Shown: positions 53,227 through 64,000 of the stretch, piece by piece | Position numbering within the stretch: position 1 is the stretch's first letter | Layout of the letters: the number at the start of each line of letters is the position of its first letter | NCBI RefSeq assembly: GCF_006345805.1 | Contig: NC_043008.1 | Location: 39,804,001 to 39,868,000 of the forward strand | Source: Octopus sinensis | Lineage: Eukaryota | Direction of reading: 5' to 3' | DNA: 64,000 nt | Translations under genes and position numbers: made by a program | The notes under the pieces: model-generated | What the model was told of the DNA's origin: nothing | Seen by the model: only the letters and a program-made list of their open reading frames with translations | The model's database searches: none

Positions 53227-53360
53227 CGGTTTTTTTTCGTTGTGTTAATTGTCCTGTACTCCATTTTTTGTTGTTTTTAAAAAAATGGTCCTGTTCCTTT
53301 GGTTTGTGTCTATGTTTTCGTTTCTCTTTGGGTTCGACGTCCCTTTGGTCCTGTACTCAT
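53227..53360. repeat. (TA)n-embedded element, inverted homolog of 30272-30443
   Basis: Ends GTCCTGTACTCAT, with an internal duplication of GTCCTGTACTC. Confidence 0.75.
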
Positions 53361-53461
53361 ATATGCGTGTATATGTACATGTAGAGGTAGGTACGTACAT
53401 ATATGTTTATATATATGCATATGTTTTATTTCATTTATTAATATATATATATATATATGAC

Positions 53462-53495
<34 letters not shown>

Positions 53496-53498
53496 GAG

Positions 53499-53672
<174 letters not shown>

Positions 53673-54103
53673 TTACATAGATATAGATATAGATATATAC
53701 TCGTGCATGCAGGACGTACATGATTCGTGAAGATGTTTTTGATTATACACGGCTGTGAAATGGTGAAATACAGTGAATCGAAGTAAAGGTCTTATTGATG
53801 TTATGTAGAATGGATGTATGCTATTTATCCGAAGAGGAGAGAACTGTCTTTGACTCTGCTAACATTCTGAGCGACAATATGTCCATACATATATATATGT
53901 GCGTGTGTATATATGTGTATGTGTGTGTTTGTTTGTATGTTTGCACATGTGAGCTTACACATACATGCATAAATATACAATTGTATGTATGCATATAATT
54001 TTTTGTATGCTTATGTGTGAATTTATCTATCTCTCTATCTCTATATATGCGTGTGTTTGTGCTGTGTATATGTGTGTGAGTGTATATGTATCTATTACAT
54101 ATG

Positions 54104-54148
<45 letters not shown>

Positions 54149-54879
54149 TTATACATACATACACACATATCTATGCATGTTTGTTCGTGCGTGTATCTAT
54201 GTCTCCTAGCGTGTGGATACATACATACGTTTTGCAGACAAACATTTTTTCCATCCATATTTCTCTTCATATAATTAAATTTTAGAAATGATTTATATAA
54301 TTACGCATGACTGATTATTCAGGTCGATATATGTGTCTCTCTTTCTATATATATATATGCTTATAAAACTATATCTGATGCTTGTACTGTTCACTTCTCG
54401 TCGATCTGTGCGTATGGAGATGTATAATCGAAATATACCAAAATTAAGAGAAACATATACATAAGTAAAACTACCAAAGCAGATACGCGTAGTAAAATTG
54501 AGGGAAAAACTATCGCTATTTAATAAAATACTAGTGTAATATTTCACAGACAGTGTAGAATATATTTGATAAAATTACCTTTAGGGAAATCATGATTTTT
54601 TAAAGAACATTCCAAATATTTTAACAATGCACCATCCATTCTTTACCATTTTTAGAAATTGCTTTTTGCTTTTGTTTGTAACGATATGTTTTAAAAATAA
54701 AGTAGTACAAATACGTAAAACACACATGTATGAAAGCTTACGCTGACACCTAAAACGTCACCTGACATAGTTGAAGGCAGGTACTAAGACATGGAGCAAA
54801 TAAGAATAATGTAGTAGATTGCGATGTTGATGACGTTGATGCTGCAGTGCATGCAACAATAATGTTAATAGTAATGATG

Positions 54880-54881
54880 AT

Positions 54882-54912
<31 letters not shown>

Positions 54913-54999
54913 GTTGAAGAAGTAGTAGTAGTAGTATTAGTAGTAGAAGGAGTAGTAGTAGTAGTAGTAGTAGTACTAGTGGTAGTAGTAGTAGTAGTA

Positions 55000-55031
<32 letters not shown>

Positions 55032-55034
55032 TGC

Positions 55035-55069
<35 letters not shown>

Positions 55070-55070
55070 A

Positions 55071-55110
<40 letters not shown>

Positions 55111-55285
55111 ATTACAATAAGAGGAAGAGGTTAGTGAAGATTAAGATGAGGACACTACGACGACGACGACGACGACGGCGGTGTCGAAAAAGAATAAGAA
55201 GAATTAGAAGGAGGAGGAGAAGAAGAAGAAGAAGAAAGAAGAAGAAGAAGAAGAAGAAGAGAAGAAGAAGAAGAAGAAGAAGAAT
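54880..55285. repeat. (GCA)/(GTA)n then (GAC)/(GAA)n microsatellite run
   Basis: Directly visible. Confidence 0.95.
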
Positions 55286-56199
55286 CTGACGGCGATGATA
55301 AACATGTAGAGTAGAAGAAGGAAAGGAAAGGATGATTATGATGATGATGTGGGGATGATTGTGAAGAAAAGACAAAGAAATAAAAGAATAAAGAGGGTAA
55401 AGAACGAAAATACAACATTGATGGTAATTACAATGTCTACACTAACAGACACAGACACAAACATACACACACAGACACATAAACACACACGCAAACACAT
55501 ACATATGGTATATACAAATATGATAGGTATTAATCTTGCATAAATATATTTATATGTATCTGTCTATGCATGCTTAAGCTTATTTGTACATACACATGTT
55601 TTCATTTATTATTCTATTTTGTTATATATATGTTCACTTACTAACACCAATTCCCAAATGCATAACATTTTCACGGTTCGTTTCGAAGGTAAAAATATAT
55701 TAATTTACAATGACGGCTACAATTACACAAATCGCAAAATATACTCTAAAATTGTTGTTGTCAGCATTATTAAAATGAAAACAAACTATCATATTATCAA
55801 ATAATGGTAGCATGGCAACGAAATAGATTTGTATCGAGGCAAGATTGTAACTAGTGTTATAACTATCAGCTATTTGATTGGAACTATGTAGTAAAACATT
55901 TCACTATATACTCTAACACAAACAGTGACCAATTATAAATGTGTGTCAATCAAATAATTTAAAATTAACACCACCTACTAAATCAAATTCTTTACTTACA
56001 TATCATTCCTAATGAACAATGTGCAAGTTCAACAATGTACGAATCATTCATAAATTAGAAATAAAATGCATTATTAACTCAACGTATACAGTTTTACAAA
56101 TATATGCATAGTAAATAAAAAAAAATACACTGAACCATTTTCAGAGCAATTGCGGAATCAATACGTGACCAATACTGTCTTAATTGCGTTCCAATTAAT

Positions 56200-56702
56200 A
56201 TTTTAATCGAAAATGGATTATACTGTCAATCGCCCGACAGAAATTATTGATGTCCAATAATAAATTAGATTTGCTTGCCATAGCGGAGTCACCCAAAGAA
56301 ATAGGAATTAAGACGCTTGTCTTATAAATAACGAGCAACCCCACATCCCCGTCCAATGGACGGTGCCGAGTTGTCAAACGTTTAAACCGAATTTTCTGAA
56401 AACAACATGTCCGACCGTCCCATAGGTCTCCCCTTTGAGAAACACTGATTTTATCTAAATTTGAGACACCAGCAAAAGAAGAAATAATGATAGATTTTTT
56501 TTCTATTCCAAAGAAAAACGATTTTATTCACTTTATCGATCGCATTTTCACCTGGAATCGATTTCTGTAATTTTTTCAGGAATTATTCACGCGCTGATAC
56601 TGTCGGTATCTACATATCAAATCGGAGCGGCATCGGATGGAGGATGTCCGAAATCCTAGAAGACACATACACAGACAGACAGAACGGGTTTTATATAATA
56701 GA
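56200..56702 (-). mobile_element. Non-autonomous Helitron-like element (5' end clear, 3' end not located)
   Basis: The minus strand starts A|TCTATTATATAAAACCCGTTCTGTCTGTCTGT, the same 5' style as the element at 592. Confidence 0.5.
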
Positions 56703-56893
56703 TGTGACACTCAACGTCTTGGTTCGAACATGGCCTGTTTCTTTGACAATAGAAGGGAAAGAGACAAACCTAGATGACAGATGGTAGCAGAGAGAGAGAG
56801 AGGGAGAGAGAGAATGAGAAAGAGATAATGAGAGAGAGAGACAGATGGAGAGAGAGGGAAGAAACGAAAGCATCGTAGTAAAGGTCTTGTCTA
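56698..56893. repeat. ~195-bp dispersed repeat, copy 1
   Basis: ATAGATGTGACACTCAACGTCTTGGTTCGAACAT..(GA)n..CGTAGTAAAGGTCT.GTCTA, also present at 57873-58068. Confidence 0.9.
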
Positions 56894-57371
56894 ATTTATA
56901 TATCCTAAAAGGACAAATGAAAAGCTCGCCTACGTGATATATGTACTTACAGAGCAGAGTACCTGAACATCTACACAATTGAATTGCGGTAGACGTTTAG
57001 GCATTCAGTTATCTTTGGCATACTCACAAACCGATCAAACCTTTTATCTCCGGTGCACTCACAAGCATTCTCTACTTCAATATTCTCATTACGTAGAACA
57101 TTTTTTTTTAAATGTCAATTAGCTACTTTTTAACGTCTCATAACACTACACATGCAAGTTACAAAATGCAATAGACCGTAAATTACGCAATATACATTCA
57201 TGTTCCTCATGATGGGTGTGCATGCAGAAATGCTTGCGCTTCAGTTGGTTTCTTATTAACAATTCTTCACGACTGAAATGGCTATTTTGAATGGCCTTGA
57301 GACAATATAACATAAAGCTTATAGTAATTAAATTGATGTGTGTTTGCGTCTGTCTGTCTATCAATCAATCA

Positions 57372-57453
<82 letters not shown>

Positions 57454-57504
57454 TTCTCCCTCTGTCTCTCTTGTATAATATATTTTTTCTTTTCTTTTTT
57501 TTTA

Positions 57505-57571
57505 TTTGTTTCAGTCATTTGACTGCAGCCTTGCTGGAGCATTGCCTTTAGTCGAGCAAATCGAGCCCCGG
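57505..57571 (-). mobile_element. SINE family B 3' fragment
   Basis: TTGTTTCAGTCATTTGACTGCAGCCTTGCTGGAGCA..CTTTAGTCGAGCAAATCG. Confidence 0.85.
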
Positions 57572-57868
57572 AATTTTTCTTTTAATAAAACCATTAAGTA
57601 TATTCACGCTTTATCAAATCTTCCCCAAAGTGTTATTAATGGGGTAGTCAAATGTGTGTCGATAAGAATCTCTAACTTCTCTGCGATGAAAAAAAAATTA
57701 TAACTTTGCACCCTTCTTTGACACAGCATTAACGGAGAATCGATTCAATAGGAAAATATATTATATAAAGGATACAATATTTGAAAATAAATTAGGTAAA
57801 GGTTTACTAATTATTACAATTATTGCAAAATTAAAGATCTACACGCTTCACTTGAATACCTCCACCCC

Positions 57869-58066
57869 CAGGATAGATGTGACACTCAACGTCTTGGTTC
57901 GAACATAGCCTGTTTCTTTCACAATCGAAGGGTGAGAGACAAACCTAGAGACAGAAAGTAGCAGAGAGAGAGAGAGAGTGAGAGAGAGAGAGAGAGAAAT
58001 GGAGAGATAATGAGAAAGAGAGAGAGGGAGGGGAAGAAACGAATTCCTCGTAGTAAAGGTCTAGTC
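57869..58066. mobile_element. ~198-bp repeat, copy 2, flanked by a 12-bp direct repeat
   Basis: TACCTCCACCCC at 57857-57868 and 58067-58078. Confidence 0.8.
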
Positions 58067-58109
58067 TACCTCCACCCCGAGCATAAGAACCGGCACCATT
58101 ATATGACTA

Positions 58110-58206
58110 TACTAGGCAAAGTAGGAACAATTTCGTGAGAAAACAGGATATTATCTGGTTCACTCCTCCTCTTTCCCTGCAAGTCAGAAACCTCCCTAAA
58201 TTCCTC
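58110..58206 (+). mobile_element. Penelope-like RT-EN linker fragment
   Basis: RKQDIIWFTPPLSLQVRNLPKFL resembles the PLE motif RKRNIIWFNPP.S..V..N.GK.FL. Truncated by (CTT)n. Confidence 0.7.
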
Positions 58207-58357
58207 CTCTTCTTCTTCTTCTTCTTCTTCTTCTTCTTCTTCTTCTTCTTCTTCTTCTTCTTCTTCTTCTTCTTCTTCTTCTCCTCCTCCTCCTCCTCAT
58301 CATCATCATCATCATCTCATCATCATCACTACCAGCACCACCAGCACCACCACGACA

Positions 58358-58388
<31 letters not shown>

Positions 58389-58394
58389 TTAAGT

Positions 58395-58508
58395 AGGCAG
58401 CAATCTGAGAGAATCGTGAACATTCGTTCTCCTTTACACTTTGAGTTGAAATTCACCAATGGGGACAACGAAAAGCCTTTCATCCTTGTGTCTAGAAGTA
58501 GAAAGGAT
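58395..58508 (+). mobile_element. Internally deleted SINE family C remnant
   Basis: GAGAATCGT..TTGAGTTGAAATTCACC..GCCTTTCATCCTTGTGTCTAGAAGTAGAAAGG, followed by an (ATT)n tail. Confidence 0.55.
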
Positions 58509-58519
58509 TATTACTATTA

Positions 58520-58559
<40 letters not shown>

Positions 58560-59091
58560 GATTATTATTATTATTGTAATTTATTATTGTTGTTGTTGTT
58601 GTTGTTGTTTTATTATTATTATTATTATTATTATCATTATTATTCTTACCATTATTATTAAAATGATTATGATGCTGACGATGTTGATGCTGAGAACAAG
58701 AAGAAGAGGGGGAGGTGAAGACAAAGGAAACAGGTCGAGATTTTTTTACTGGAGGCTACTCATAATGAGGTCGAAAGTAACCAGGAGTAAAACGTTATTC
58801 AAGCAACCGTTTAGTATGGAGGCATTTACAAAAGATGCAATAAAAACCACAAGCGCGAATTGCTCTAGGAATCGTAAAACGATAAAAGAATTAAGATTAT
58901 ATTGATCTCGTGATCAAGGAAAATAAGGGATGTGCTGTAAGTTATGTGTTTGAGGATTGAAAAGTAATACTGCAAAATACTTCTTACAGAAAAGTGCAAA
59001 TATAATAGAATGTTGTGGGAATTAGGAAAAACGTGAATCACTTGAAGTACTAACATTAAAATACTGGTAAATTATCAATGCTCTTGCAGTG

Positions 59092-59153
<62 letters not shown>

Positions 59154-60327
59154 AAACTTAGATGCTAAGTTAAAACCAATAATTGGCCTTGTATGTGACT
59201 TGGTCACTCGAATGTGTGCATTAGAGTAAACTCTGAGACAGGTGTTTGTGTTAAACTTTAAAATTTCCTGTCTAACCACGAAGAATATTCTCCATGGGAG
59301 TGTTAGATACAAGCCGCGAAATTTAGAATGTTCTTAACTGATATAATTCAGTTGTAAAATGTGTATGCAATGCGATCCGATCCAGAGTAAAGTAGTTACG
59401 AAGCGAACTTATAAACATACACAGTTATGTCAGGTGCCACTGATCGGTGAACCAATATCTAATTCAATTTTCTGAAATCCTGGATAGACAAGAAAAGCTA
59501 CCGTTCATAAGCAAACCAGTACCAATACAACGTCAGTTTATCAATCAAATCAATTCAAATTAGGAAATATCGATAACAATGCAGGAAAAGTGTTAGATGA
59601 TGAAAAACCAGTGTTATCCACATTAGTGAATGAATTTCTCATAGATTCTGTTTCTGTCAACAATCATTTTCCTTTTCCCTGCCCTCTATATTTTTTTGTT
59701 CTGACTGGGACTGTCAATTAACAAGCTTAGCGAATCAAAGAACCAACAGATTCATGTACACATAACGACATAACGTTGTATAAACTAGAAGCTAATAAAA
59801 CCGTTGGAGAAGGAGTTAGATAAAGACAAAATAACAGAAATGTTAAACAAAGCTCGTTAAAAATCAAAGCAAAGTGACAATAATATTAAACGAAGGAAGA
59901 CAAAAATCTATCATGGTTAGTATTCTGCAAGAGTTGGCAGACTACCTCTGTCAATACGAAAGTAAACAAAAGTTCCGCACTAATGGGGACAACGAAAAGG
60001 ATGATTGTAACTTCACAAAAAATAAATATACGCAAAAACCTTCCGAAAACGATAATAAAGCAAAAGGCTAATGTTAAATCTAAACTATGCAACCAACTTA
60101 AAGACACAAACGAATATATCATCACCGGGTGTCTAGTTCTCGATAAACGATCTATCCATGGCCTAGAAGTAAATTCTGTTTACTTGAAAGTAAATGTACA
60201 CTACCGTTAGAAAATTGGATGTATGTAAATTAGAGGGTACGAAATATTATCTGAATTGATAAAACACGTAGGTTAGTTATTGTAGAACGTGACCTCCCCG
60301 CTTGGCAAAGAAGCTAATGCAAATTAC

Positions 60328-61090
60328 AGGACACCATTGCTGAAACTCTACCAAGAAAACAAACGGTTAGCAGTTCGCTTGAACTACAGAGCTGCATGTG
60401 TCATGGAGAGAGACGTGTGGGTGGTCAAAGCATCATACTTTGGGGTGTTATAGGCCTGAATGATAAGACTGGGTTCTATGCTTTCCAAAATGTGGCTTGA
60501 GACAGAGGGAATGGCATGACAGTGCAGAGCTACGTTGACCAGGTCCTAAGACCTCATACCGTGCCCTTCTTCGCGCGGCACCATGGTCACGTGTTCCAGC
60601 AGGGCATTGCTTCCTCGCACACGGCCAGGGTCACCATGAACTTCCTGCGTCAGCACAACATGAGAATCATGTCGTGGCTGGCTCTCAGCTAGGATATGGA
60701 CCCTATTAAACCATTGTGAAATGAAACCAAGAGACAGCTGAACCAGGGTGTCCCAAGACAGACAATTTGTATGGAACTGGAGGTGGCTTTCCTCGGGGTC
60801 TGTGCACAAGTGCCAAAGTTTTTTTAACCACCTCATGGACTTCGTGTACCGATGATGTATGGCCATTTTGAACACCCAGGAAGGGCATACACGTTATTGA
60901 TCATGTCATGCTCCACACCCACAATGTGCTGGATCTACCCACTACCAGAACACATGACAACGACCCATAAATTGTAGTCAAAGTGCATGAAAGAAATTGA
61001 CTTATCAGACTTATCAAAATGTATCTCTGAAATTAAAACATATTTCACAGTCACACATGTCTTGCGTTCCTTTTGCGGTTCCTTAAATTA
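60328..61090 (+). mobile_element. Decayed Tc1-like transposase (catalytic half) and 3' end
   Basis: ERDVWGGQSIILWGVI..YVDQVLRPH..FQQGIASSHTARVT..WLALS*DMDPI..QEGHTRY* (stop at 60898-60900). Confidence 0.9.
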
Positions 61091-61129
61091 TAGAAGCAAG
61101 TTATTTTTTAATTACTATAATATGAATAT

Positions 61130-62086
61130 CTAATATTTACTAGACATACACTTTGCATTTTTCAATGCAAGAACACTATTATACATGTTTTGATCAGATG
61201 ACAAATCTTCTCTTGAGGAATTTATTGCCAAATTTCATGGAGTAATCACAAACGATTTGGCTTTGGTGATGCTTCCCTGTTCTTTTTATGAAGTGATCTG
61301 TCCATTATGCCCCAGAAGCATTCAATAGAATTCATATCTGGTGACTGGCTGGACCATGGTACCTGTTTAATGCCATTCTCTTTCAACTAATCTTGGGTCT
61401 TTTTAGCCACGTTATAAGGACCACATCTTCTATAAAAAGTCTTTACTCATTTGACCATTGGACAAGATTGGAAGGAGTCCTGTCTGCAATATGGATACAT
61501 ATTAATCTGAGTTTATTAGGTTTCCTTCACACTCCACCAGCTCGTATCGACCATTGCTTTACACTGCCCCCTAGACATCACAGAATAGCTGCCGGGTTTC
61601 ACTGTTGTCTGCAATCTTTCCATGTCAAATTCTTTATCATAAAGTCCCCAGAGAGACCCACTCAACCACTGTCAGAAAATAGAGCAATTCTGGATTCATT
61701 AGAGAATATGACCGTGTCCTAAAATGCTAGTGACCTCTCCACCATCTCAGCAGCCCAATGATTTCTACGCTTGATGTAGGCTTGTCGAAGAAGTAGCCTC
61801 CTTCTTGCTGCTCTGCCATAGTAATTAATTTTTGGAGATACCCGACAGCTGCACTAGGATTGATATCAACTTGTTCTGCTACGTGAGAGGCCTTGCAATG
61901 AGGATTATCCTCTTAACGAAGTGAAGATTCCTGTCAGGAGGTTCTGGCCGATCTGGGCGAGATGATGTGGACTCCTTCTTTCTGGGTTTATGCGATTTTT
62001 ATCTGACTAGGTCAACCTTCGGATTGACCCACAATATGGGCTCTTTGAAATTCGGACAGTTCCGATGCCTCTTTTATATATGGCAT
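61130..62086 (-). mobile_element. Near full-length but decayed Tc1-like transposase
   Basis: ATG at 62086: MPYIKEASELSEFQRAHIVG.., then LQTTVKPGSYSVM, LKENGIKQVPWSSQSPDMNSIECFW, EIWQ*IPQEKICHLI..SSKY*. Multiple stops and frameshifts. Confidence 0.88.
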
Positions 62087-62930
62087 AATTAAGCAGACAC
62101 ATATAAACCTGAGGCATGAAAATGTCAAGTAATAAAAAAATACAATCCCCCTCAAGTTAAAATAAACGCAAAACGATGTTTTACGTAGTGTCTATATACT
62201 TCTGCCATGTCTGAGTATACATAATTATATACACCTGTATAACGATTTATAATGAATACACAAAACAAGTAAAACTGAACTATGTATAATATATTGTCGC
62301 CAAATATTATTTTTTTTCAAGGTTACGTTTATATTAATACACAACCCTAATTGGGAGGTCTCTCTAACACAAAATTCCTCTTAATATCAGTCCATTAATA
62401 ATGCAGAGCTGCTTGTAAATATGGATATTGAGCCTTCTGTAAACAGTGTGAATGCGAAGAAGATTTTGTGTACAGCCTAGGTCCTTTCAAATGCTAACAA
62501 TAGTGAAAATATTCTGAAAGCTTCAATAAAATTAATTGGCATATGAGATGTGCATCTCATTCATTCAAATAATCAAAAACGTGCGTGTTGCTAAACAGAT
62601 TGTTTTTATTCTCCTTGCAATGCATATAAAAGATGAATTTCAGATATTTTTTTATTACATATAATCAGAATTGCATTGGAGGAATGGCAGTTTGCATACA
62701 CATATGAATATTTACCCTTTGGAAAAAAGTAAATAGCCTTTTAAAATTAAAAGTCTATGAACGATGCAGACCACCTGAACAAGGCGTCTCTGGCGCCTTG
62801 TTTACGTGGTCTATTTACATCTATCTATCTGTCTGCCTGCCTGGCTAATCTCTGTCTGTTTCTGTGTATATCTATGTATCTATCTCTCTATCTGTATATA
62901 TACATACATACACACACACACACACCACAC

Positions 62931-62989
<59 letters not shown>

Positions 62990-62990
62990 T

Positions 62991-63034
<44 letters not shown>

Positions 63035-63124
63035 CATACATACATGTATATATATGTATATATATATGTGTGTGTATGCATGTATGTATGTATGTATTCA
63101 CACACACATCATCATCATAATCAA

Positions 63125-63156
<32 letters not shown>

Positions 63157-63157
<1 letters not shown>

Positions 63158-63320
63158 TTAACGTCCGTTTTCCATGGACGGTTTGAGTGAGGACTGGAAA
63201 GCCAGCGACGTCGCCTGGCTCCAATCTGATCTGGTAATGTTTCATCAGCTCCATGACCTTCTTGTGTAGTGGATGCTTTTTACGTGCCACTGGCATAGGA
63301 GCCAGTCAGGGGGCACTGGC
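63157..63320 (-). mobile_element. Retroposon 3' end with a (TGA)n tail (RTE-like tail, probably a SINE)
   Basis: The minus strand ends CCATGGAAAACGGACGTTAAA(TGA)n. The family assignment is from memory. Confidence 0.55.
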
Positions 63321-63789
63321 CAAAATGCATACATACTTACATACTTACATAATGCATAAGTACATAATGCATACATGCATACATACATACATACATACAT
63401 ACATAATCCTTTAAGCATCAAATCATTATTTAATTTTGTATGATAACGAAAACAACATTTTCAAACCAACTCTGAAAAAGCGAATTCGAGAATATCAGAC
63501 AATTTTCTTTAAAGTCAAATCATAAGATAAGCAGTACCAGGAAGTAGGAAGAAAATTGTAAATTTTTTTGTCATCAAAGAGTTATATCTCTCAATCATCG
63601 AGCTTCAGTTTCTGACATGAAATATAAAGGTATTTTGAGATTACCATCATTGTTTCGGATATTTCCTTTATGCTTCAATCCCACGTTGACGAAGGATTCG
63701 GAGAAGTAGCTACGAAGATGTAGAGACTTTTGGCCAAGAAGATAACAGGAAAAAAATCCAATTCAGAGATTCTTGTGCGATTATGTCCC

Positions 63790-63930
63790 TATACCTGTGT
63801 ATGTATGCTTGTATGTATATATGTATGTATGTATGTATGTAAGTATGCATGTATGTATGTATGTATGTATGTATGTATGTATGTATGTATGTATGTATGT
63901 ATGTATGTATGTATTTATGTATGTATGTAT
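63790..63930. repeat. (ATGT)n microsatellite
   Basis: Directly visible. Confidence 0.95.
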
Positions 63931-64000
63931 ATAACGGGAAGCTTTATGAAAATAAACAAAAGACGAAGGCAGGTGGAATACAAACAAACAACTGTTTAGT

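Noticed and set aside
58458-59999. Identical 18-mer AATGGGGACAACGAAAAG at 58458 and 59982
   Set aside because: It is an isolated match with no extended homology and no spacer periodicity, so it is not an array.

Overview
This is 64 kb of very AT-rich, microsatellite-saturated eukaryotic DNA. The SINE types and repeat density fit a coleoid cephalopod, probably octopus (inference, not a database result). I find no intact host gene, rRNA, true tRNA or CRISPR array, and most long ORFs in the supplied track are translated microsatellites. The window is a graveyard of mobile elements: three decayed Tc1 transposases, a decayed piggyBac-like transposase plus a TTAA-flanked MITE, a pogo/Tigger-type end, two Helitron-like non-autonomous elements and fold-back MITEs. 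It also holds Penelope-like (GIY-YIG) fragments, R4/Dong-type non-LTR fragments (two of them nested in an (AAT)n array), and about 17 SINE copies from at least three modular families. The most interesting signals are (i) minimal type-I hammerhead ribozyme folds of the kind carried by Penelope-like elements, including a divergent inverted pair at 17.5-18.3 kb, (ii) stacking of different R4/Dong 3' ends and a 555-bp non-coding passenger inside (AAT)n arrays, and (iii) a perfect 73-bp palindrome in a (TA)n island. All alignments and translations were done by eye; boundaries are approximate unless a TSD or TIR is quoted.
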